Of a stretch of DNA of 56,898 bases, positions 43,996 to 53,728 are shown piece by piece. Both the position numbers and the translations under genes were made by a program. A model generated the notes under the pieces. The model had not been told where the DNA came from, made no database searches, and saw only the letters and a program-made list of their open reading frames with translations. Location: NCBI GenBank assembly GCA_038136695.1, contig JAYQAK010000001.1:1-56898 (forward strand). Reading direction: 5' to 3'. How positions within the stretch are numbered: the stretch's first letter is position 1; each line of letters opens with the position of its first letter. The stretch is from Poseidonia sp. (GTDB taxonomy: Archaea > Thermoplasmatota > Poseidoniia > Poseidoniales > Poseidoniaceae).

Positions 43996-44367
43996 TCAAT
44001 CGTAAAACTCATCCAGAACATCATCCAAGTTCTGCCAAACAACGTAGACAAGGTCAGTTTCTGGGGAGTGTGGGTAAGGCGATTGGTTCACTTCTGATTC
44101 CATGATTTGGATGTCAATGCCGAAATAACCGAGAAATTCAAGAATCTCGTTGAGGTCCTCTTCCGAATAAATTTCCACGCCACTCTCGCTCATCAGCGTG
44201 AGGAATTCGTCAAGAATAACAACAAAGACATGGTCGCATTCGACCTCCTGCATTTCTTCCAGCAATTCCTGAGTAAATTCTCGATACCCGTCCAACGCTT
44301 CGGGCTGAGATCTCTTTTCTCTTAGTTGCTCAAGGAGATTTTTCCCCTCCGATTCATGTTGTCCCAT
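43996..44367 (-). CDS. Hypothetical highly acidic 123-aa protein
   Basis: ATG-initiated ORF in a locally AT-richer stretch. E/D-rich with no recognised motif. Confidence 0.45.
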   Translation of the reverse strand: MGQHESEGKNLLEQLREKRSQPEALDGYREFTQELLEEMQEVECDHVFVVILDEFLTLMSESGVEIYSEEDLNEILEFLGYFGIDIQIMESEVNQSPYPHSPETDLVYVVWQNLDDVLDEFYD

Positions 44368-44394
44368 GTGAGTGGAGAGGGGTTATGAGATCGG

Positions 44395-44423
44395 ATTTGA
44401 ATCGTGAATGAGATGATTCAAAT
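44395..44423. repeat. Perfect 9-bp inverted repeat ATTTGAATC-(11 nt)-GATTCAAAT in an intergenic region
   Basis: Read directly. It lies between the phytoene-synthase-like stop (44463) and the start of the acidic protein gene (44367). Confidence 0.7.
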
Positions 44424-44449
44424 TTACTCGTAGATTGGGCGAGCCCCTC

Positions 44450-44455
44450 AAAAAA
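44450..44455 (-). terminator. Oligo-T tract (T6 on the minus strand) just downstream of the phytoene-synthase-like gene
   Basis: AAAAAA on the plus strand, 8-13 nt 3' of the minus-strand stop codon. Archaeal terminators are oligo-T tracts. Confidence 0.35.
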
Positions 44456-44462
44456 GAGAGCA

Positions 44463-45821
44463 TCAAACGGCCGGAAGGAGGCCGATCCGAGCGAGACCAC
44501 CCCAGACGGGGTCGAGGAAGGCTGGGAGGAATCGATGACGCAGGTACACGGCTGCAGCAAGTGAGATTTTTTGCACTTTGTTGAGCTTGACACGTTGCGT
44601 AAACACATCGCCTTGCTGCTTCTCAATTTGGCGAAGGATCTTGTCGTAGAAGGCAATCATCGCTGCTGGAGAATAACGTGAACGCCGAGGGAGAAGCGGG
44701 AGCAGGGCTCGTGCTTCCTCGAGGTAAGTGCGTGCACGGGCAGCATAGTGGCGGCAGTAGGGCTCCCAATGTTTGTTGAGGACGATTTTACCGTCGAGTT
44801 CCGTCTCAGTCATGCCGTTGCGTTCCAATTCATCGAGGGGGAGGTACACGCGGTCTCGTTGAATGTCTTCGCCGACATCTCGCAACACGTTGGTCAACTG
44901 CATGAAGATGCCCCATGATTCAGCGTACTTCTTTGCCATTGGGTTGTCGTAGCCGTACACCTCGATGCACATCAGGCCAACGACGGAAGCAACTCGGTAG
45001 CAGTAGACATAAAGTTCGTCAAAGGTGCGATAGCGGTTGTTGTAAAGGTCGTCCTCCATGCCGGAGATGAGGTCGTCAAAAACGTCACGAGGGATGTTGT
45101 ATCGCTGAACGGTGTCTTTGAGCGCCAGGAAAACGGGGTCGGTAGAATGCACATCGCCGTAACATGTGGAGAGCTTCTTGCGGAAGAAGAACAACTGGGT
45201 GATTTTGTTGAGGTACGCCTCTTCGTCGAGAATGGTTCCTTGGTTTTGGAGGTTCTCGAGTTGGTCTCGGTAGGCCTTGGCTTCCGGGTCCATTTCACCT
45301 TGACTTCCGGGGAATCGGTCCGCCCAGTCCCCGTCAGCGATGTCATCTGCACGTCGGCAGAAGGCGTAGATGGCGCACATGGCCAGGCGTTGTTCGTCGG
45401 GCAGATACTTGAACGAGTGGTAGAAGTTGCCTGCTTCACGCATGGTCAGTTCCTCGCAGTATCGGTAAGCAAGTTTGTGAAGTTCAGCAGGAGGCTGTTC
45501 CGACCAAATCGGTGCATCCAAGTGGGCAAAGGGATCGACGAGTTCGTTTTTCTCCCCCACGATACCGATGAAGGATGCTCCTTCTCGAAGGGCTTCCATG
45601 GCCGTGACGCTCACGGCCTTCACGGCATCTCGAGCGAGCGTAACACCGGCGCGAACACGGTCAAGGGTGGATGGGGTGGTTGTTTCTTGCTCGCCGGTTC
45701 GACTTGACGCATTCCCCTTGAGGGGGAAGAGAAGGTCAAGCGGTTTGCGGCGTTCCAGCATCCTAACCGCTTGCCCCTCGCATCCCTTGTTTATGAGACC
45801 TCCTCTTGAAGGTGTGAACAA
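44463..45821 (-). CDS. Phytoene/presqualene synthase family enzyme (CrtB/HpnD-like) with N- and C-terminal extensions
   Basis: YCEELTMREAGNFYHSFKYLPDEQRLAMCAIYAFCRRADDIADG (first DxxxD), GMEDDL (second Asp-rich) and ...QLTNVLRDVGEDIQRDRVYLP.... About 110 aa of unassigned N-terminal sequence, so the true start is uncertain. Confidence 0.75.
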   Translation of the reverse strand: MFTPSRGGLINKGCEGQAVRMLERRKPLDLLFPLKGNASSRTGEQETTTPSTLDRVRAGVTLARDAVKAVSVTAMEALREGASFIGIVGEKNELVDPFAHLDAPIWSEQPPAELHKLAYRYCEELTMREAGNFYHSFKYLPDEQRLAMCAIYAFCRRADDIADGDWADRFPGSQGEMDPEAKAYRDQLENLQNQGTILDEEAYLNKITQLFFFRKKLSTCYGDVHSTDPVFLALKDTVQRYNIPRDVFDDLISGMEDDLYNNRYRTFDELYVYCYRVASVVGLMCIEVYGYDNPMAKKYAESWGIFMQLTNVLRDVGEDIQRDRVYLPLDELERNGMTETELDGKIVLNKHWEPYCRHYAARARTYLEEARALLPLLPRRSRYSPAAMIAFYDKILRQIEKQQGDVFTQRVKLNKVQKISLAAAVYLRHRFLPAFLDPVWGGLARIGLLPAV

Positions 45822-45860
45822 CGAGGTATTCCTTGACCAAAAGTAAGAAAAAACCTACTT

Positions 45861-45882
45861 CCTATATAATTTCTATAGAACC
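45861..45882 (-). promoter_or_regulatory. AT-rich TATA-box region upstream of the 44463-45821 gene
   Basis: The minus strand reads GGTTCTATAGAAATTATATAGG, 40-60 nt upstream of the ATG at 45821 and immediately after the stop of the upstream gene. Confidence 0.45.
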
Positions 45883-45883
45883 G

Positions 45884-46939
45884 TTACTTGTCTCTGTTCT
45901 TTTCCATGAGTCGGCGCACGCCACCAGGAATGAACAACGCTCTGAGCAACTTGCGGGCGTAGCCTTTCATTTCGTCGCGTGTGACTTTGATTTGTTCTTC
46001 CGAATTGAGGATGTTTCCCTCTCGCAGGAGGGTGACGGTGCGTTGTCCAATCAAGACGGGCAGCATGCACGAAGCTTTCAGCCGGAATTGGGTTTCAGGA
46101 ATCATGCGGATGTATTCGGTTGCTGCTTCCAAATGCTCGTTGGTCAAGTCGAGGTAGGCGTCGTAGAGGGGTCGAAACGTGGCGAGGTTGCTATCATCAA
46201 GCAAGTCGGCAGGTTGCAACCCAACACCTTGAAGGGCGTCAACGGGAATGTAACATCGGCCAAATCGGAGGTCTTGTGGAATGTCTCTGAGGATGTTGAT
46301 CATCTGCAAGGCTTTGCCAAAACGAATACCACGTTCCATGAAGACCGCTTCGTCTTCGGGCGAGAGTTTCATCATATGGGCGAGGGACATTTTGGTCCAA
46401 AAAACACCAACACAGCCTGCAACCCGGAAGGTGTAATCGTCCAATTCTTCGTCGTTTCCAAGCCCTTGCACGGTGCCGCCTTCGTTGGCAGGGCCGAACC
46501 GTTTCAAATCCAAACATTGCCCACCTACGATGATGTCCAGGCATTCAAGCATGCGCTCACGGTCCTCCGGACCGTAGACTTCGAGCCCTGCGATGACTTC
46601 CGGTACATGGCGCAGGAGGGTAGCCTCGTGGGGGTTGGTCTGCAAACCCGCAAGATCCGTGAAGTCGGGCAAATCGCTGCTGCGACCCTGAACAACGTCG
46701 TTGTAGGCGTTGAGATGGTCAAGCAGAAAAGCAGTTTCGCCGTGCTTGGTATCAGCGATGGTGTCGGCCACCCGGGCGAGCAAGTACAAGAGGCCGATTT
46801 GACCTCGGATTTTCTTTGGAAGGTACTTCAGGGTTGGGTAAAACGAACGCGATGTCGTTTCGAGCAAACGGTCGATGTGTTCATTGACCAAGACCGCCAT
46901 CAGCATCCCTCCGATTCCTTCCAGCCTTGTCCTCCGCAT
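45884..46939 (-). CDS. Squalene/phytoene synthase family enzyme (SQS/HpnC-like)
   Basis: LLETTSRSFYPTLKYLPKKIRGQIGLLYLLARVADTIADT (SQS-like first Asp-rich region) and ...LQMINILRDIPQDLRFGRCYIP.... Start set at the ATG at 46939 (alternatives 46906/46900); the track ORF extension to 47398 overlaps the divergent gene. Confidence 0.7.
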   Translation of the reverse strand: MRRTRLEGIGGMLMAVLVNEHIDRLLETTSRSFYPTLKYLPKKIRGQIGLLYLLARVADTIADTKHGETAFLLDHLNAYNDVVQGRSSDLPDFTDLAGLQTNPHEATLLRHVPEVIAGLEVYGPEDRERMLECLDIIVGGQCLDLKRFGPANEGGTVQGLGNDEELDDYTFRVAGCVGVFWTKMSLAHMMKLSPEDEAVFMERGIRFGKALQMINILRDIPQDLRFGRCYIPVDALQGVGLQPADLLDDSNLATFRPLYDAYLDLTNEHLEAATEYIRMIPETQFRLKASCMLPVLIGQRTVTLLREGNILNSEEQIKVTRDEMKGYARKLLRALFIPGGVRRLMEKNRDK

Positions 46940-47061
46940 GAAGATATGCGTGAAGGGGCTTCGCTCTTGCTCAAATTTGTGTTCTTGTCGGTCTTTGAAC
47001 CCAATCGGTCGCAAGCCTTTAGGAAGGGTAACACGAGCAGTGAAGTGCGAGGGGGGAGACC

Positions 47062-48702
47062 GTGAACTGTGGTGCATGTGGCGAAGCGATTCCAGCCGAC
47101 AGCATGTTCTGTCCGGAATGCGGTGCTCGTCAAGACACTTCCATGGCAGGAGGCTTTGCCCCGCCGCCCCAGCAAAACATCCCTCCGTTCCCCCAGCAAC
47201 AACGAACATTCGATCCTGTCTCTGGAGAGCAACAACGCATGCAACAGCAAGCCAACATGAACCAAATGGGACAGGTTCCTCCCGACATGCTTCAAGGCAT
47301 GGCGCAAGGTCTCCACCAGCATCAAAATTTGCCACCCGGGCAATACCCGCAACAACCCGTGCAAGGTGGTTTCCCACCGCAACAAGGTTTCCCGCCACAA
47401 AGTAACGTTATGCCTACTTCGAACGTGGCGCCATTGAACGACATGCCCAATGTCAATCGAGGCCCTTCTCTCGCCAGCGGGGCAATTCCCAATGCAAACA
47501 ACGCGGCACCGTTGTCAGCCGGAGGAACAAAGATTGCCCATAACCCTGCCAATTCTCCAACCGACGCCATGGTGAATCGCTTGGCGGAAGCCGAACGTGC
47601 GGTCAAGGAAGACCGTCGAAGCCAATGGTTGTCCATGAATCAATCGCCGGCCTCTTCCGTGTTGGCTAATCTCGGGGGGGGCGAACTTCCCGCACACTTG
47701 CGAGGTGGCAACGTCGATGGTGGAAATGCAGCCGCAGAAATCATGGCCGGTGCGCTCGGTGGTCAAGGAAAAGACGCTCCCAACGACGCCCTTCTTCGTC
47801 GGATTTCGGAGGTGGCCATCCGTCGTGTGGCTCGCAAACGCGGTGTCGCCGTCGAAGCACCCCAAACCAAGCTCGTTGACGACACGTTTGAGGTCAATGT
47901 CACCTACGTGGACGACGGGCGAGTTTTGGATTCACCCGAGGATTTGACCCAAGCGTTCGAACAGGCGATTCAAACCGAGCTCGCCCTGAAGGGCTATGAT
48001 TTGAGTTGCAGCATCACCATGTTCCGCTCAAAGGACGGAAAAACCGAGAAGATTGGCGAAGAAGCGGTGGATGAGGACATGTTCGCTTGCGAGATTTGCG
48101 ACGGGTTGGTCAAAGAAAGTGATCCTACCTGCCCCCACTGCGGTGCGATGTTCGAAGACGATGGCGAAGAGGAAACCGACTCGGCTCCTCCCAAGCGTGG
48201 AGGTGGCCCCCCTGGACCCAAGAAAGGCGGTCCTCCCGGCCCGAGCAAGCGCGGTGGCCCTCCCGGTCCGAAGAAAGGCGGCCCTCCCGGTCCGAAGAAA
48301 GGCGGTCCTCCCGGCCCGAGCAAGCGCGGTGGCCCTCCCGGTCCGAAGAAAGGCGGCCCTCCCGGTCCGAAGAAAGGCGGTCCTCCCGGCCCAAGCAAGA
48401 GCGGTGGTCCTCCCGGTCCGAAGAAAGGCGGTCCTCCCGGCCCCAAGAAGTCGGGCGGTCCTCCCGGTCCGAAGAAAGGCGGTCCTCCCGGCCCGAGCAA
48501 GCGCAGTGGTCCTCCCGGTCCGAGCAAGAGCGGCGGTCCTCCCAAAGGCGGCCCTGGTGGCGGTCCTCCCGGTCCGAAGAAAGGCGGTCCTCCTGGTCCG
48601 AGCAAGAGCGGTGGCCCTCCCAAAGGCGGCCCTGGTGGCGGCCCTCCCGGCCCGAAAAAGGGTGGTCCTCCAGGCGGTCCAAAACGTGGCCCACCTCGAT
48701 GA
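47062..48702 (+). CDS. Multi-part protein: N-terminal zinc ribbon, Q/P-rich low-complexity region, globular core, second zinc ribbon and a polycationic (GGPPGP[KS]K) repeat tail
   Basis: CGAC-x11-CPEC at aa 3-20; Q/P/N-rich region at aa ~30-115; CEIC-x11-CPHC at aa 343-360; aa 376-546 are G/P/K repeats. GTG start. The repeat stays in frame for ~510 nt. Confidence 0.65.
   Translation: MNCGACGEAIPADSMFCPECGARQDTSMAGGFAPPPQQNIPPFPQQQRTFDPVSGEQQRMQQQANMNQMGQVPPDMLQGMAQGLHQHQNLPPGQYPQQPVQGGFPPQQGFPPQSNVMPTSNVAPLNDMPNVNRGPSLASGAIPNANNAAPLSAGGTKIAHNPANSPTDAMVNRLAEAERAVKEDRRSQWLSMNQSPASSVLANLGGGELPAHLRGGNVDGGNAAAEIMAGALGGQGKDAPNDALLRRISEVAIRRVARKRGVAVEAPQTKLVDDTFEVNVTYVDDGRVLDSPEDLTQAFEQAIQTELALKGYDLSCSITMFRSKDGKTEKIGEEAVDEDMFACEICDGLVKESDPTCPHCGAMFEDDGEEETDSAPPKRGGGPPGPKKGGPPGPSKRGGPPGPKKGGPPGPKKGGPPGPSKRGGPPGPKKGGPPGPKKGGPPGPSKSGGPPGPKKGGPPGPKKSGGPPGPKKGGPPGPSKRSGPPGPSKSGGPPKGGPGGGPPGPKKGGPPGPSKSGGPPKGGPGGGPPGPKKGGPPGGPKRGPPR
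48187..48699 (+). repeat. In-frame coding tandem repeat (24/27-nt units; higher-order 75-nt unit)
   Basis: 48226-48300 and 48301-48375 are identical 75-mers (checked base by base). A third diverged copy follows, and a second ~78-nt unit (...agcaagagcgg.ggtcctcccaaaggcggccctggtggcgg...) occurs twice near 48520-48680. Confidence 0.9.
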
Positions 48703-48716
48703 TCACGGTGTGATTC

Positions 48717-51485
48717 ATGGGTCATGGTTTTGGAAAGATTCGGTTTTCTGGCCGTTTGAGACCTTCACAACTCGCTGCTACCTCAGTTATTGAAAAGCAA
48801 TTGAAGGCGGGAGAAAAAGAACTCTACATCGTCGCTCCCCCCGGTTCAGGCAAAACCATTCTTGGTCTCTACGTGTGGTCCGATTTGGTTCGATGCCCTG
48901 CACTTGTTTTGTCGCCCAATTCCGCCATTCAAGCCCAGTGGATTGACCGGACATCACTCTTTGATTTGGACGGCCGTGAAAATCGCCTCACCCTTTCGGC
49001 AGACCAACCCGGGTTGCTCACCTCGTTGACTTATCAGTCGTTGACCATGGTGAGAACAGAAGGAGAGGATTTGGAACACGGTGCAGTCGAGGTTTGGGCA
49101 AATCGCCTCATTGAACAAGGCGAAGCCATTGACCACGATACAGCGATGGCGTGGTTGGCAGATCTCCGGTCCAACAATCCCTCTTATTTTGAAGAACAGA
49201 TGAAGAAGCATCGAAAGCGTGTCAGAAACCAACACGAAGATGAGCAGGGAAGCATGGCATGGCTTAATGAACGGTCACGGACGTCCATTCTTGCCTTGAA
49301 AGAAGCCGGTGTCGGCTTGGTGATCTTGGATGAATGCCATCACCTCACAGAACATTGGGGAAAGGTCTTGGCGGAGGTTCGAGATTTACTTGACGACCCT
49401 GTGATTCTCGGACTTACGGCCACGCCTCCAGATAAGGAAAAAGCCGAAGCTCCACATTACATGCACCTCTTGGGTGAGATCGATTACGAAGTGCCGACAC
49501 CCGCTTTGGTGAGGGATTCGAATCTCGCACCCTACCAAGATCTCGCCTATTTTGTTCGGCCAACGGCTGATGAGTTGACCTACATCGCAAAAGCCGACCA
49601 AGCGTTCATCGAGGTGGTGCGAGATATCGGTCAACCGCGAGAAGGGGAAGGTCGGGCACTGCCCTTTGAATCATGGTTGATGCATGTCCTTGAAAACAAA
49701 GAGATTCCCGGCCGCCAGAAGATGACCTGGAAGGCATTTTACAACGCCCTCCCCGATTTTGCGGATGCAGCGCGTGCCTACCTCCTTGCTCAAGGTCATG
49801 CGCTGCCCGAAGGGGTCCCGTCTTTCCATGTCACCAGTAGCGCAAAGGATTCGGGTGAACAAATCCGCTTGTTGAGGCCATTGCTTGACCGCTATGTGCG
49901 ATTTGCCTTACGCCGTTCAAACCATCCAGAGGATCATGAACTCGCGAAAGAGGTCACGGCCCGTTTCCGGCTTCTTGGATACCAAATCACCGAAAGTGGA
50001 GCACGGCCGTGTGCGTCACCCGTGGGTCGAATACTCGCCTACGCTCAAGCGAAATCAACCGCCATATCCGACATCCTCCGGGTTGAACAACAAGCGCTCG
50101 GGGACCGTTTGCGATGCGTCATTGTTACGGATTTTGAAAAGACATCATCCACGGCCGTGGTGGAGGGTGTTCATGACGACGAGGCGGGAGGTGCGATTGG
50201 TGTTTTCAAAACCTTGGTCGCTTGTGAATTCGGAGATCAACTTGACCCGGTGTTGATGACCGGTAGCACGCTCTTGGTGGACGATGACCTTTCTTCTCGA
50301 TTTCTCGAAAAGGCTCGGGACTGGGTGGAACAACGAGGTCTCAATATCACGTTCCGTGATGAACCGATGGGGCGGTTCCATCATCTCCACGGTTCTGGGA
50401 AGGATTGGGCGCCGCGAAATTACTCGACGATGGTGACTGAATTTTTCCAAGAAGGGTTCACGAAATGCCTGATTGGAACCCGGGGCCTCTTGGGAGAAGG
50501 TTGGGATGCCTCTCGCATCAATGTCCTGATCGATTTGACGACCGTGACAACGAGCATGAGCATCAACCAATTGCGAGGTCGCTCGATGCGCCTTGACAAG
50601 GAATGGCCCGAGAAAGTGGCCAACAATTGGGACATTGTCTGTTTGGCCGAGGAGTTCATCAAAGGGTTTGATGACTATGAGCGCTTCCAAAACAAGCACA
50701 AGAATTTGTACGGTGTATGCGATGATGGTTCGATCGAACGAGGTGTAGGTCATGTTCATCCAGCGTTTACAGAACTTCAACCAGAGGGTGTGAACGAGGG
50801 GATGAACCTCATCAATCAAGAGATGATGGAACGAGCACGCAAGCGCCTTGAATCGCGAGAACTTTGGGGGATAGGCCAACCCTTTTCCGCGGTTTCTCGC
50901 ACCTCATTGGAGTTCAAACCACCAACCTTGGGTGGAGAGACACAATTTGGCTTTGGAAAGCAGAAAACCCCGTGGTCGGTTGATTCATTGAATCAGGCCA
51001 TCACCATGGCGGTTGCCAATGCCATGTGGGATGCAGGTCTTCTGCCATCGCAAAGCAAACTTGGTGGAGGTCAACGAGGCGGGGGATGGTACCGTTACTA
51101 CCTCGAGGGGTGCACAGAGGAACAGTCAACGATGTTTGCCCAAGCCTTGAGCGAGGTGTTCGGCGGGCTTGATGATGCTCGATATGTTATCGGGCGAAGT
51201 GCCCGCTTCTTTGACGAGACACTGCTTTCTCGATTACTGCCAGAGGTCTTGGCCAAGTATGTTCGAAAGGAGCGACGGGAGCTGGTGATGTTCCATCGCG
51301 TCCCGTCTTGCTTGGCTGGAACAAAAAAGCACGCGAAATGGTTTGAAGCCCATTGGAACAAACTCGTGAGCCCGGGCCAGGTGATGTACGCTCACAGTGA
51401 TGAAGGGAAGGAGGCCATCGCATTCGCTCAATCAGCGGGTCTTTCCTCATCACCGCTTCAACGGCTCAAAGATGTGTACATCTGA
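48717..51485 (+). CDS. Large SF2 helicase (ResIII/DEAD-like superfamily) with a long insert and an uncharacterised C-terminal region
   Basis: Motif I APPGSGKT, Ia LVLSPNSAIQAQW, II LVILDECHHL, III LGLTATPP, V/VI ...LLGEGWDASRINVLIDL...QLRGRSMR. 922 aa, starting 14 nt after the upstream gene. Confidence 0.8.
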   Translation: MGHGFGKIRFSGRLRPSQLAATSVIEKQLKAGEKELYIVAPPGSGKTILGLYVWSDLVRCPALVLSPNSAIQAQWIDRTSLFDLDGRENRLTLSADQPGLLTSLTYQSLTMVRTEGEDLEHGAVEVWANRLIEQGEAIDHDTAMAWLADLRSNNPSYFEEQMKKHRKRVRNQHEDEQGSMAWLNERSRTSILALKEAGVGLVILDECHHLTEHWGKVLAEVRDLLDDPVILGLTATPPDKEKAEAPHYMHLLGEIDYEVPTPALVRDSNLAPYQDLAYFVRPTADELTYIAKADQAFIEVVRDIGQPREGEGRALPFESWLMHVLENKEIPGRQKMTWKAFYNALPDFADAARAYLLAQGHALPEGVPSFHVTSSAKDSGEQIRLLRPLLDRYVRFALRRSNHPEDHELAKEVTARFRLLGYQITESGARPCASPVGRILAYAQAKSTAISDILRVEQQALGDRLRCVIVTDFEKTSSTAVVEGVHDDEAGGAIGVFKTLVACEFGDQLDPVLMTGSTLLVDDDLSSRFLEKARDWVEQRGLNITFRDEPMGRFHHLHGSGKDWAPRNYSTMVTEFFQEGFTKCLIGTRGLLGEGWDASRINVLIDLTTVTTSMSINQLRGRSMRLDKEWPEKVANNWDIVCLAEEFIKGFDDYERFQNKHKNLYGVCDDGSIERGVGHVHPAFTELQPEGVNEGMNLINQEMMERARKRLESRELWGIGQPFSAVSRTSLEFKPPTLGGETQFGFGKQKTPWSVDSLNQAITMAVANAMWDAGLLPSQSKLGGGQRGGGWYRYYLEGCTEEQSTMFAQALSEVFGGLDDARYVIGRSARFFDETLLSRLLPEVLAKYVRKERRELVMFHRVPSCLAGTKKHAKWFEAHWNKLVSPGQVMYAHSDEGKEAIAFAQSAGLSSSPLQRLKDVYI

Positions 51486-51486
51486 T

Positions 51487-52409
<923 letters not shown>

Positions 52410-52413
<4 letters not shown>

Positions 52414-53618
52414 GCCTCACCTCCAATCAACTGAACGATCTTTTGGGCGCCTTCGGCCAAATCGTCTGCGGGATGGATGTTCAGGTCGGAGGCGGCAAGG
52501 ATGGCTTTGCCTTCGTCAACGTTGGTGCCCGCCAAGCGAACGACCAGCGGAACTTCGAGCGAGAGTGCTTCGGTGGCTGCAATGACGCCACGTGCGATGA
52601 TGTCGCAACGCATGATTCCTCCAAAAATGTTGACGAGGATGCCTTTCACGTTGGGGTCCTCAAGAATGATCGAGAAGGCCGTCTTGACCTGCTCTTCGTT
52701 GGCGCCACCACCGACGTCGAGGAAGTTGGCAGGTTCGCCACCGTACAGCTTGATGACGTCCATCGTGGCCATGGCGAGACCGGCGCCGTTGACCAAGCAA
52801 CCGATGTTGCCGTCCAGCTTGACGTAGGAGAGTCCCGTTTCTTTGGCTCGGATTTCCACGTCTTCCTCCTCGGAGAGGTCGCGCAGGTCGTCCCAACTCT
52901 TGTGACGGAATTCGGCGTTCTCGTCAAAGGAGACCTTTGAATCAAGAGCAATGATCTGGTCGTCGGCCGTTCGCACCAGCGGGTTGATCTCCAACATGGA
53001 GCAGTCGTTGGCGACAAACATGGCGTACATCGCCGTGAGCGATTTGGAAAAGGCCTTGTGGGCAGCTCCAGAAAGACCGAGCGCAAGGCCAAGGTCTCGC
53101 TTTTGGTAGCCGAGCAAACCGGCGTTGGGGTCAACCGAGACCTTGTGGATTTTCTCGGGCGTGGTCTCGGCAACATGCTCGATGTCCATTCCGCCTTCGG
53201 TTGAGGCCATGATGAGCACGGATTTGTTCTCTCGGTCCACCAGGATGGCGAGGTAGTATTCGTGGGCGATGTCGCAACCCGCCTCGACGTAGAGGTTGTT
53301 GACGACTTTTCCTTCCTCTCCAGTCTGGATGGTAACGAGCAGGTTGCCCAGAATGTTGGTGGCGTAGGTTCGCACATCTTCACGGGAAAAAGCGATCTTG
53401 ACCCCACCGTCCATCACGTGCTCACGTGTCTGCGGGTGGTAGAGGGTGCCCTTTCCACGTCCACCGGCGTGGATTTGCGATTTGACGGCCACGACCTTGC
53501 TGCCAAGCGTGTCGTAGGCGGCCAATGCCTGGTCGACCGTGGTGCAGTGAACGCCGTCCAAGACGGGGACACCGTTGGCTTTGAGGAGGGCTTTTCCTTG
53601 GTACTCGTGGATGTTCAT
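52410..53618 (-). CDS. sucC: Succinyl-CoA synthetase beta subunit
   Basis: [12 protein letters not shown]..., ...[15 protein letters not shown]... and ...[11 protein letters not shown].... The stop overlaps the sucD start. Start at the ATG for MNIHEY (53618). Confidence 0.9.
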
Positions 53619-53728
53619 GGCCATCTCCGAAGCCAACGAACGAAAGCCCGTCTTTGAATACTTTGATGGCCGTGTCTGTGATGGCCTAAAGGGTCGTTTT
53701 CATATTGGTGAGGCCTAAGGGAGGCACG

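Noticed and set aside
47994-48793. Three extra long ORFs across the G/P/K repeat (47994-48725 minus, 48053-48793 plus, 48125-48718 minus), and the possibility that the repeat is a CRISPR-like array.
   Set aside because: All frames stay open only because of the repeat composition. The repeat has no unique spacers, its units are 24-27/75 nt in frame, and it continues the upstream zinc-ribbon ORF, so it is a coding tandem repeat.
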